Below, piece by piece: positions 16,731 to 25,300 of a DNA stretch of 61,892 bases. The DNA is taken from NCBI GenBank assembly GCA_964466175.1, contig CAYXMT010000001.1, forward strand, positions 1-61,892, given 5' to 3'. Both the position numbers and the translations under genes were made by a program. Source of the DNA: an uncultured Methanosarcinales archaeon. Its GTDB lineage: Archaea; Nanobdellota; Nanobdellia; Woesearchaeales; GW2011-AR4. Under the pieces are notes generated by a model. It was not told the DNA's origin. It did not search any database and saw only the letters and a program-made list of their open reading frames with translations. Every line of letters begins with the position of its first letter. Position 1 is the stretch's first letter.

Positions 16731-17951
16731 TTACTCATACCTAAGAGCATCCACAGGCTTTAATTTAGAAGCTGCTCTTGCAGGGAAGAAACCAGATGTA
16801 GCGCCTACAATAAAAGAAAACATAAGAGAACCAACTGTAAGCCACCATGGAAAATATGCCTGCAGGAATGAATATCCTGCTACAGCTGCTATGCTGCTTC
16901 CGAGTTTTGCAAGCCCGTAACCAACTAAAATTCCAACAGCCCCTCCAATCAATCCCAAAATTCCTGATTCAAGAAAGAACATAAAAAGAATTGTGCTGTT
17001 CCTGGCGCCTATAGACTTCATAATCCCTATCTCTTTCGTACGCTCAAGAACAGAAGTGTACATCGTGTTCATTATGTTTACAGCAGCTACAAGTACAGAT
17101 ATGCCTGCTATTATGACAAGAATAGCATTAAGCACAACAATTACAGTTCCAAAAGTCTCAATAAGCTGCTCAAATGTCTGCACATAAAAATCTTCTTCAC
17201 CTTCTTTCTGGCCTTTTTCCTTCCTTAGCTTTTCCTCAAGCCTCTCTGCAAGCTCGGAAGGATCAGCTCCTCTCTCTGCCCGGATATAAATAAAGTCATA
17301 CTCCTCTCCAACATCAAAAAGTTCTTTTTCATCATCAAGCGTCATATAGATATTGACATCATCCTGTGCATTACCAATCACTTCATAAAAACCTATAATA
17401 TCAAATTTTACATCATTGATAAAAATCTTATCCCCTAATTTTAAAGGTTTGGCAAAAATCTTATCCTCCAACTGATAATTATAGCCAACTACAACTTTAT
17501 TCTTGTCCCCTTTTTTCAGGTTTCTTCCTTTGAAAATGTCAATACCTCCAAAAGCTTCATCAACTACTCTTTGTTCAGAAGGGTCTGTGGGCATGCCCAT
17601 GACATAAACCCATTTCCCTTTCTTCCTCACATCTTTTTTCACTTCAGCTTGCTTGGTAATCATAGCTGTAGCTTCTGAAACACCTTTTGTCTTTTTTATG
17701 AAATCAAAGTCATCCTGGGATAAGAAAGTATTAGTGCTTCCCGGAGGCCCAAAACCTCTTGGCTGCGCAACTAGTTTATCAGCACCCGCTTCCTGGCTTA
17801 ATTGGTCAACATATTTGCTTAAACCCTGGCCAAAACTGATTAAAGTAAAAATAGCCATTATGCCAATAAGTATGGAAAGAATAGTAAGGAAACTTCTTGT
17901 AAATCTATGCCACATATTCTTTGTTATATAGTTGAGTAAGTCTTCTATCAT
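16731..17951 (-). CDS. ABC transporter permease, MacB/FtsX-like
   Basis: N-terminal TM helix, large periplasmic-type domain, C-terminal FtsX-like helices (KEIGIMKSIGARNSTI). Start placed at ATG 17951, abutting the upstream stop at 17953. Confidence 0.8.
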   Translation of the reverse strand: MIEDLLNYITKNMWHRFTRSFLTILSILIGIMAIFTLISFGQGLSKYVDQLSQEAGADKLVAQPRGFGPPGSTNTFLSQDDFDFIKKTKGVSEATAMITKQAEVKKDVRKKGKWVYVMGMPTDPSEQRVVDEAFGGIDIFKGRNLKKGDKNKVVVGYNYQLEDKIFAKPLKLGDKIFINDVKFDIIGFYEVIGNAQDDVNIYMTLDDEKELFDVGEEYDFIYIRAERGADPSELAERLEEKLRKEKGQKEGEEDFYVQTFEQLIETFGTVIVVLNAILVIIAGISVLVAAVNIMNTMYTSVLERTKEIGIMKSIGARNSTILFMFFLESGILGLIGGAVGILVGYGLAKLGSSIAAVAGYSFLQAYFPWWLTVGSLMFSFIVGATSGFFPARAASKLKPVDALRYE

Positions 17952-17952
17952 T

Positions 17953-19176
17953 TTATTTAGTATGGCGCAGTGCGTCCACAGGATGGAGTTTTGAGGCATT
18001 TATTGCAGGAATAACTCCAAATATGCTTCCCAGTATAAATGACCCGAATATCGAGCCCAGCACAAGCCAGATGCTTACTTCTGCCATTATTAATTCAGAC
18101 CCCAGCAACAGCCTTCCAACAAAAGCAAAACTCATAGCTATGATTACTCCAAAAATCGCACCTATGATTCCGCCTACACCCCCTATTAATCCCGACTCAA
18201 TGAAAAACAATGAAAAAATTGTACTATTTCTTGCACCAATAGACTTCATTATGCCAATCTGTTTTGTACGCTCCAGAACAGAAGTAAACATTGTATTCAT
18301 TATCCCAATACCTCCGACAATAATGGATATGCTGGCAATAATATAAACAAAAAGCTGGACAGCAAACAATGTAGAATTTACCTGGCCAAGAATAGCTTGA
18401 GGTGTTTGTACAGTAAAATCTTCTTCGCCTTTCTTGACATCCCTTTCTTTCCTCATCAACTTTTCAACATTTTCCTGCACTACCTTAATATCAGCATTTT
18501 GATTCACCTGCATTACAATAATATCGTAATCCTCGTCATCTATGTCCAGTATTTCTCTTAGATCATCTTCTTCTACAAGCACAAGATTATCTGTAATAAA
18601 GCTTCCAACTTTCTTCAGTATGCCCACAACCTGAAATTGCTTTTCCTGGATAAGGACCTTTGAACCGACTATTATCTGTTTTCCAAATCCGGCATTTTCT
18701 TCTCCAAAATTATTTCCCAGCAGTACTTTTTTGCTGTCTCCATCCCTTAACAGCCTGCCTTGTTCTGCCTCTAAATTAAGTGCAGATTCTATAAGTTTTC
18801 TTCCATCACCCTCACTCATAGTAGCAGCCATGCCAAATCCTACATGGTCATCATGCTCTAATTTGCCATTCCTTAACAGCCTGCCTGCAGCAATCTTAAC
18901 TCCATTTACTTTTTTGACCTTTTCCAGATGGTCTTTTGTCAAAGGCTTTACAACATCAGTTCCAGGAGGCCCGAAACCACCGGATGCCTGCAAAGCAAGT
19001 TTATCAGTTCCAATATCTCCAAACTGCGAGCTTATCACAACCTTTAATCCCTGGCCAAGGCTGATGAGAGAAACAACCGCAATTATTCCTATTATTATAC
19101 CTATCATAGTCAGCCACGACCTTAGCTTCCTGTTTCTAAGGTTCTTAATAGAAATAATAAAATAGTCCTTAAGCAT
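17953..19176 (-). CDS. ABC transporter permease, MacB/FtsX-like (paralog)
   Basis: Same architecture and motif (KQIGIMKSIGARNSTI) as the downstream paralog. Confidence 0.8.
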   Translation of the reverse strand: MLKDYFIISIKNLRNRKLRSWLTMIGIIIGIIAVVSLISLGQGLKVVISSQFGDIGTDKLALQASGGFGPPGTDVVKPLTKDHLEKVKKVNGVKIAAGRLLRNGKLEHDDHVGFGMAATMSEGDGRKLIESALNLEAEQGRLLRDGDSKKVLLGNNFGEENAGFGKQIIVGSKVLIQEKQFQVVGILKKVGSFITDNLVLVEEDDLREILDIDDEDYDIIVMQVNQNADIKVVQENVEKLMRKERDVKKGEEDFTVQTPQAILGQVNSTLFAVQLFVYIIASISIIVGGIGIMNTMFTSVLERTKQIGIMKSIGARNSTIFSLFFIESGLIGGVGGIIGAIFGVIIAMSFAFVGRLLLGSELIMAEVSIWLVLGSIFGSFILGSIFGVIPAINASKLHPVDALRHTK

Positions 19177-19191
19177 TTTAAAATTGGGAAA

Positions 19192-20463
19192 TTATACTTT
19201 TTTCTTCCTGCCTTTCATCTTTTTTCTATAGATGAACAGCCCCACAATAACTATTGCAGCTACAATAAATAATCCTGCCTTATTACTGCCCTTAATCAAT
19301 CCGAATTTTTTTGCATCAGCAGCTGAGTAAAGATCAAGCTTCAATTCCACTGTTTCCTTGAAATCATTGTTATTTGCATCCTTATACTCAACCACCACTG
19401 GAATAATTATCTCCTTTTCCTTGTTCTTTTCAATAAACAGATTAAAATCCGCAGTCTCATAGTCATCCGAGTCAATATTGCCGATATATACCTCACTATT
19501 GGACAGAATCCTGTAGTTATCGCTGGCTATTAATCTCATATTCATCAGCTTAATGCCAGTTACACCCTTGTTCACAATCTTGACAACTACCTCTCCAGAC
19601 TTGCCTGACTCATAAATTTCAGAGTCATCTAAGGTAATGCTTAAATCAGGTTTTGCACCTATTACAATCCCTATAGTGCCATTATTAAAATAACTATTTC
19701 CCAGCTCGTCAGAGTAAGCAACTTTTAACGATACAGGATACACACCGCTTTCTGCATCCGGATTTGCCAGAATATTAAATCCAATTTCATAGTCCTGTTT
19801 TGCATCAATTTGGTAAATGCTTTTTTCATTTGTGGAATCTACAGGTAATAATGGAAGACCTCCTAAACCAAGCGTCACTTTTATATCTTTCAAAACCGAA
19901 TCTGCTTTGTTTGAGAGTTTTATTTTGATAATGCTTGTTGACCCGGGTTCCAGGGATTTTCTGCCTGTAGATACAGAATCAACTGCAAGTATTGCATCAT
20001 TAGTTCTCACATCCACCATAAACTCTTCTGGTGTAACCCAAACACCCCCATCAATCCTATACCTGATTTTTAGCTCATTCTCGCCTTCAACAGCATTTTC
20101 CGCAACCCTTAATCTATATTTTACTATAGCACCAACATCTCCTTCCTGCCTGCTTTGCAGTGTCCCTATATTTTGTATAGCATCCCTTCCAGGATCTAAT
20201 GAAAACGGATACTCCTGAAGCACTTCCACTTCAATAGCCCTTGCTTCCTCATCACCTTCATTATCAAATTTGAATCTTACATCCACATAGCCTCCCGGCT
20301 CTGCAGGATCAGGTTCCTGGTTGACCATCGTCACAATAATGTTGTATGAGCTCGATGGGTTTTGAGCATTCACTGCAGCAGCAGCATTCATAGCAAGCAA
20401 AATAAGCATGCAAAAACTAATACCCATAAGAATATTCAATTTAATTTTATTTATTTTCTTCAT
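19192..20463 (-). CDS. Secreted surface protein with Ig-like repeats (COG1361/CARDB-like) and a C-terminal TM anchor
   Basis: Signal peptide, repeated beta-rich modules (VDVRFKFDNEGDEEA..., IKIKLSNKADS..., VVVKIVNKG...), and a C-terminal LFIVAAIVIVGLFIY helix followed by a basic tail. Confidence 0.55.
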   Translation of the reverse strand: MKKINKIKLNILMGISFCMLILLAMNAAAAVNAQNPSSSYNIIVTMVNQEPDPAEPGGYVDVRFKFDNEGDEEARAIEVEVLQEYPFSLDPGRDAIQNIGTLQSRQEGDVGAIVKYRLRVAENAVEGENELKIRYRIDGGVWVTPEEFMVDVRTNDAILAVDSVSTGRKSLEPGSTSIIKIKLSNKADSVLKDIKVTLGLGGLPLLPVDSTNEKSIYQIDAKQDYEIGFNILANPDAESGVYPVSLKVAYSDELGNSYFNNGTIGIVIGAKPDLSITLDDSEIYESGKSGEVVVKIVNKGVTGIKLMNMRLIASDNYRILSNSEVYIGNIDSDDYETADFNLFIEKNKEKEIIIPVVVEYKDANNNDFKETVELKLDLYSAADAKKFGLIKGSNKAGLFIVAAIVIVGLFIYRKKMKGRKKKV

Positions 20464-20465
20464 TG

Positions 20466-21173
20466 TTAACCACCTTTCCTTATTTTTGATTGTTTTACAA
20501 TTGCGCCATCACTCAGGAACTCAATCCTGTCAGCATTGTGCGCTACATTTACGTCATGAGTGACCATGATGATTGTTTTTCCTTCTTTCCTGTTTAAGTC
20601 CTCTAAAAAATTAATAACTGTTTTACCTGTAGTAGAATCAAGGTTTCCTGTAGGCTCATCCGCTAAAACAACTTCCGGTTCATTTGCCAAAGCCCTTGCA
20701 ATTGCAACACGCTGCTGCTGGCCGCCTGAAAGTTCAGTAGGCCTGTGATCCATCCTGTCTCCTAAATCAACCATCTCCAGTATGTGTTTTGCCTTCTCAA
20801 CCCTTTCTTCCCTGCCAATACCCTGGAACACCATGGGCAAAGTAACATTTTCCAATGCACTTAGCGTATTTATCAGATTAAACTGCTGGAATATAAAACC
20901 AATTTTCTTGCCTCTTATCTGGGCCAAATCAGACTCAGACAGCTTTGAAATATCCTTCCTTTCAAGATAAATCTTGCCTTTGCTTGGGATATCCAATGCG
21001 CCAACCATGTTTACAGCAGTTGATTTGCCGGAACCTGATGGACCCATTATTGCAACAAACTCCCCGCGTTTAATTTTTAAATTCAGCCCCCTGAGTGCAT
21101 TGACCTTAACTTCCCCCATCTGGTATGTTTTCCATACATTATCCAATTCGATTATTATATTATTTTTTCCCAT
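20466..21173 (-). CDS. ABC transporter ATP-binding protein (MacB/LolD-like)
   Basis: Walker [10 protein letters not shown], signature LSGGQQQR, Walker [13 protein letters not shown]. Confidence 0.9.
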   Translation of the reverse strand: MGKNNIIIELDNVWKTYQMGEVKVNALRGLNLKIKRGEFVAIMGPSGSGKSTAVNMVGALDIPSKGKIYLERKDISKLSESDLAQIRGKKIGFIFQQFNLINTLSALENVTLPMVFQGIGREERVEKAKHILEMVDLGDRMDHRPTELSGGQQQRVAIARALANEPEVVLADEPTGNLDSTTGKTVINFLEDLNRKEGKTIIMVTHDVNVAHNADRIEFLSDGAIVKQSKIRKGG

Positions 21174-21189
21174 TTTTATTATTCTTTAA

Positions 21190-21215
21190 TCATTGAATTT
21201 TGTTCATTGAATTTT
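21190..21215 (-). promoter_or_regulatory. Direct repeat TCATTGAATTTT x2 (14-nt period) in the ABC-operon promoter region
   Basis: Copies at 21190-21201 and 21204-21215, 17-42 nt upstream of ATPase ATG 21173 and just downstream of the wHTH gene. Confidence 0.3.
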
Positions 21216-21230
21216 TTATTATTGTACTTT

Positions 21231-21422
21231 TCATTTCAAAACCCACAAATTAACACCATCTTTTTTCAGCCTTCTGAATTTATCATCCAGAGTCAGCTCT
21301 AAAAGATATTTTTCTGCTGTATTCCAGGAGACTTCAAACTTCTTAGCAATTTCCGCAGTAGTTATAACTCTGTCTTTCCTCGAAAAATCCAGAATTTTAT
21401 TTTTTAAATTATGTAATTTCAT
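21231..21422 (-). CDS. Small winged-helix DNA-binding protein (63 aa)
   Basis: VITTAEIAKKFEVSWNTAEKYLLELTLDDKFRRLKKDGVNLWVLK looks like a helix-turn-helix plus wing. Confidence 0.55.
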   Translation of the reverse strand: MKLHNLKNKILDFSRKDRVITTAEIAKKFEVSWNTAEKYLLELTLDDKFRRLKKDGVNLWVLK

Positions 21423-21432
21423 AAGTAAATAC

Positions 21433-21496
21433 CTATCTTTATCCCTATCTTTATCCCTATCTTTATCCCTATCTTTATCCCTATCTTTATCCCTAT
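21433..21496. repeat. Perfect 12-bp tandem repeat CTATCTTTATCC x5 plus a partial sixth copy
   Basis: Copies start at 21433, 21445, 21457, 21469 and 21481. The array begins 11 nt upstream of wHTH ATG 21422. No spacers, so it is not CRISPR. Confidence 0.95.
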
Positions 21497-21548
21497 TATA
21501 TTACATATATTTAAACTTTACGCTTAGTTTTTAGAATTCCAGAGATTT

Positions 21549-22178
21549 TTATTTCTCAACAAGCACAGCCCTTATTGGACTTCCATCCCCGCCTTTAATC
21601 TTTAATGGCAGCCCAACAAAGAAATATCTTCCGGCCTTTACATTGCATACTTCAAGCCCCTCAATAATAGGAATATCCTTATTAAACAATATTTTATGTG
21701 TGTCATGATTTGGAGAGTTTCTCTCAATACTTAAATTTTCTACTCCAACACATTTAACCTTTTTCCCTGCGAGATACTTTGCCCCGGTTTTATCCAGGTA
21801 AGTGTAGTTTCCATCCCATTTTTTTAAGGGTTTCTTCATGGTTTTTAATATCACTATGTCATTTTTTTTAATTGATGAACTTATTTTTTTAGTGCTTAAA
21901 TCCTCCACAGTAATCTTGTCTTTCTTATTCGAAAAATCCAGCACAACACAATCGCCAATAAACTTGCCAACATCCATCTTTTCCATGGTCTTCCCCTTGG
22001 CAAGCATATGGAAATAAGCATCTGCATGAGTCCCTGTATGGCTCTCAATATAAAGCTTTGATTCATTAGCTCCGTTTTCTAAAGACCCTGTTGCAACAAA
22101 TTTGAATTTTTTCCCTTCCTTGTTCTTGTAAACAGTCATCCCTTCTCTGATTTCCATCGATATGTCGTAGACTTTCAT
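21549..22178 (-). CDS. Cyclase-family protein / kynurenine formamidase-like
   Basis: HxGTHxDxxxH motif (SHTGTHADAYFH). Start placed at ATG 22178 (MKVYDISMEI) with SD GAGGTG 8 nt upstream. The track start at 22187 is a GTG overlapping the SD. Confidence 0.75.
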   Translation of the reverse strand: MKVYDISMEIREGMTVYKNKEGKKFKFVATGSLENGANESKLYIESHTGTHADAYFHMLAKGKTMEKMDVGKFIGDCVVLDFSNKKDKITVEDLSTKKISSSIKKNDIVILKTMKKPLKKWDGNYTYLDKTGAKYLAGKKVKCVGVENLSIERNSPNHDTHKILFNKDIPIIEGLEVCNVKAGRYFFVGLPLKIKGGDGSPIRAVLVEK

Positions 22179-22246
22179 TTTGAACACACCTCTGTTTTAT
22201 GGACTTTCAAAATGGAAGCTACGAACGATAGTGAGTTTGTTTTCAT
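22176..22246 (-). promoter_or_regulatory. Conserved leader element F, copy 1 (start-codon-pairing hairpin, SD in the loop)
   Basis: Sense strand: AUGAAAACAAACUCACUA..CGUUCGUAGCUUC-CAUUUUGAA-[21-nt loop with GAGGUG]-UUCAAAAUG. About 84% identical by hand alignment to 51374-51480. Confidence 0.5.
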
Positions 22247-23751
22247 TTTTTGTTCAAAAATTCTGCATAATATGGTTTTGTTGGTACTACCCATTTACGC
22301 TTGTCTTTCTCAAGCAATTTATCTGCTTTTTTAGGGCCCCATGTTCCGGGTTTGTAAAAAGTTGGCTCTACATTATGCCATGCATCTCTTATAAAGTCAA
22401 TGATCTTCCATGCATTTTCAACCTCATCCCATCTTGCGAATAAGGTTTGATCACCTTGCATAACATCGTGCAGCAATCTTTCATATGCTTCTGCTGACTC
22501 TGGTCCAAACTTGCATTCGTGGCAATAACTCATATCAACCGAATCAATAAGGATTTTATTTCCGGGAATTTTGGAATTAAACTTAAATGATATGCCTTCA
22601 TCTGGCTGCACCCTTACTGTAAGAATGTTATTTTCTATTTTATGGTCTTTGTTGAACAATCTGTCTGATGATTTTTTGTATATGATATTTATTTCTGTTG
22701 CTCGTTCCTTTAACCTCTTTCCGGTTCTTATATAAAATGGAACATTCTTCCAGGTTTTATTATCAATCAAAAATTTTATGGCAAAGTAAGAACTGGTAGG
22801 AGAATTAGGTCTCATACCTTCTTCCTGCCTGAATGAAATTATTTTCTTTCCATTTACAGTTCCGGAAGTATATTGCCCTTTAACAGTGTCTCTCTTTATA
22901 TTTTTGATCTTTGCTATTGATTTTAAAATCTTCACTTTCTGGTCTCTTATATCATCTGCATCCAGGCTTTTTGGTGCTTCCATGGCTGTAAGACAAAGTA
23001 GCTGGATAATATGATTTTGGACAATATCTCTTAATGAGCCGTTTTTATCATAAAATGGCCCTCTATTTTCTACACCCAACGTTTCCGCAACCGTGATTTG
23101 GACGTGGTCTATATATTTTGTATTCCACAACGGTTCAAATATTAGGTTTCCAAACCTCATTACAATTAAATTTTGCACAAGTTCCTTGGCTAAATAATGG
23201 TCAATCCTGTAAATCTGGTTCTCATTGAAAACTTTCCTTATTTCTTTATTTAGATTATTTGCAGTCTTAAGATTTTTTCCAAATGGTTTCTCAAATACAA
23301 CCCTGCTGTAGCGTCCTTTTAAGTTTTTGCTTACCAAACCTACTTGATTCAGGTTTTTTACAATGCCATTAAAAAAATCAGGCAGGGTAGCAAGATAGAA
23401 AACCCTATTGCAGGCAGTTGTGTGTTGTTTTGATAATTTTTCTATATATTTCCTAAGGCCAATATACTTTTTTTTTTGATAAAATTCCAGCCGATAGTAG
23501 TGTATACGGTTCAAAATTCTATTTAGGATTTTTTCCTCTACTTTCCTCTTGGAAAACTTGCTTATTGAGGCTTTGGCATCTTCTCTGTACTGTTCAGTTG
23601 TCTTTTCCCGCCTTCCAACGCATACAATGGAAAAATTATCTCCTAAGTATTGTTCACTGTCTAAAAAATATAATGCCGGCAGCAACTTTCTATGGGTTAA
23701 ATCTCCAGTTGCTCCGAATATGGTAAATATGCATGAATCTTTTTCATCCAT
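22243..23751 (-). CDS. zwf: Glucose-6-phosphate 1-dehydrogenase
   Basis: FGATGDLTHRKLLPAL, RIDHYLAKE, EKPFG. 502 aa. Confidence 0.9.
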   Translation of the reverse strand: MDEKDSCIFTIFGATGDLTHRKLLPALYFLDSEQYLGDNFSIVCVGRREKTTEQYREDAKASISKFSKRKVEEKILNRILNRIHYYRLEFYQKKKYIGLRKYIEKLSKQHTTACNRVFYLATLPDFFNGIVKNLNQVGLVSKNLKGRYSRVVFEKPFGKNLKTANNLNKEIRKVFNENQIYRIDHYLAKELVQNLIVMRFGNLIFEPLWNTKYIDHVQITVAETLGVENRGPFYDKNGSLRDIVQNHIIQLLCLTAMEAPKSLDADDIRDQKVKILKSIAKIKNIKRDTVKGQYTSGTVNGKKIISFRQEEGMRPNSPTSSYFAIKFLIDNKTWKNVPFYIRTGKRLKERATEINIIYKKSSDRLFNKDHKIENNILTVRVQPDEGISFKFNSKIPGNKILIDSVDMSYCHECKFGPESAEAYERLLHDVMQGDQTLFARWDEVENAWKIIDFIRDAWHNVEPTFYKPGTWGPKKADKLLEKDKRKWVVPTKPYYAEFLNKK

Positions 23752-24637
23752 TTTTTTTCACGGCATGTCCCCCAAACTCTCTCCTAATGGCAGCTATTGT
23801 CCTTTTTCCCAGAATAAATTTCTTGCTCTTATCCTCCCTTATTTTTACAGCAGTTTCAAAAGCAGGTACATAACCCTTTACAGCTTTAGCTGTTTTCTTA
23901 AGCTCTTCTATTGTAACGCTTCCGATTTTTGGGCTTATTTTCTTAAAATCAGGCCTTTTAAGGGCAGTATTCTCCAAATCCAATAGCCAGCTGTTTATCA
24001 CGCTTGCAGGCCTCCATACAGAAGTTGCTTTAACCATGTCAATAGGCTGCTTAAAATTATTCAGTAATTCAGTACCTTCAGCCAGGCCCTGCAGATATAC
24101 ATATTCAATAATATTGTGCACACTTTTTACAAAATGCCCTGCACCAACATCCCCAAAATGGCCGTAACCTCCTTTTGCAGATAAAGCTTTAACAAAAGGC
24201 TCAATATGCTTGAACTGGTTTTTTGGCCCGCCAACCATTAAGGTATAACCATTCTTCAGCCCCCACACTCCGCCGGAAACACCGCAATCAAAAAAATGAA
24301 CACCATAGCGCTTGCACCATTTATTGTGCTTCTCTGCATTCTCATAGAAATCATTAGCACCATCAACAAGAATATCTCCTTTATTCAGCAATGGAAGAAC
24401 TTTTTTAATCATGGCATCTGTAACTTTTCCGGCAGGCAGCATAACCCAGACAATTTTCCTTCCAGAAAGCTTACTCACTAGTTCCTCAACGCTAGAAGCA
24501 GGAATAGCACCTTTCTTGGAAATTTGCCTTGTTTTTTCCGGACTCCGATTGTATGCAACAACTTTAAGATTATGCTTAAGAAGTCTCTCAACCATATGAA
24601 AGCCCATTCTGCCCAATCCAATAAAGCCAAGTTTCAT
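23744..24637 (-). CDS. gnd: 6-phosphogluconate dehydrogenase, short (about 300 aa) decarboxylating type
   Basis: MKLGFIGLGRMG Rossmann N-terminus, GGVWGLKNGYTLMVGG, overlaps zwf by 8 nt. Confidence 0.8.
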   Translation of the reverse strand: MKLGFIGLGRMGFHMVERLLKHNLKVVAYNRSPEKTRQISKKGAIPASSVEELVSKLSGRKIVWVMLPAGKVTDAMIKKVLPLLNKGDILVDGANDFYENAEKHNKWCKRYGVHFFDCGVSGGVWGLKNGYTLMVGGPKNQFKHIEPFVKALSAKGGYGHFGDVGAGHFVKSVHNIIEYVYLQGLAEGTELLNNFKQPIDMVKATSVWRPASVINSWLLDLENTALKRPDFKKISPKIGSVTIEELKKTAKAVKGYVPAFETAVKIREDKSKKFILGKRTIAAIRREFGGHAVKKNG

Positions 24638-24713
24638 TCATGCACCCCGTTTTAATTTAATTATAGAAAATTAAGTAGTATTTAAATAATATGCCTTTAA
24701 CTTATAAAATATA

Positions 24714-25271
24714 ATGAAATCTGCAAAAATTGCATCATTTTGTATTGTTTTGTTACTTTTAGTTTCAGCATGCAAAACAATGGGAGAAGGACCAAAGGAA
24801 AAAGTTGTAGAGCTAGGAAAAATCATTACATTTGATTATGTAGCAGGACTTGACAATGGAACTTTATTTGATACTTCTTTTGAAGCAGCTGCAAGAGAAG
24901 CAGGAATTTACGATGCTGACAGAATTTACCAGCCAATTACTGTTGAGTATGGTAAAGGGGCATTATTTCCTGGATTGGAGGAATCCTTGCTTGGAATGAA
25001 AGAAGAAGAAATAAAAAATGTCAGAATCCCCCCGCAAAAAGCTTATGGTTTATTTGTAGAAAACTCATCAAGAACCTTGCCTAAAACTGAAATTGATAAT
25101 TATGAAACTTTAAAGATTAATGACATAATAACGATAGTTGCCTCAGATGGCAGCATGGTAAATACTTATGTAAAAGGAATCGGAGAAGAAAACATTACTG
25201 TTGGCCTGATAAACCACCCTCTGGCAGGAGAATATATCCAGTTTTCAATAATATTGATAAGCATTGAATAA
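24714..25271 (+). CDS. FKBP-type peptidyl-prolyl isomerase, secreted/lipoprotein
   Basis: Signal peptide with LLVSAC lipobox, then FDYVAGLDNGTLFDTS...FPGLEESLLGMKEEE...PPQKAYG. Confidence 0.8.
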   Translation: MKSAKIASFCIVLLLLVSACKTMGEGPKEKVVELGKIITFDYVAGLDNGTLFDTSFEAAAREAGIYDADRIYQPITVEYGKGALFPGLEESLLGMKEEEIKNVRIPPQKAYGLFVENSSRTLPKTEIDNYETLKINDIITIVASDGSMVNTYVKGIGEENITVGLINHPLAGEYIQFSIILISIE

Positions 25272-25300
25272 ATTTTCTATCTCTTTGGTTGTGCAATTAC

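Noticed and set aside
21433-21496. The tandem repeat as a CRISPR array.
   Set aside because: The units are 12 bp and directly abutting with no spacers, and no cas genes are nearby.
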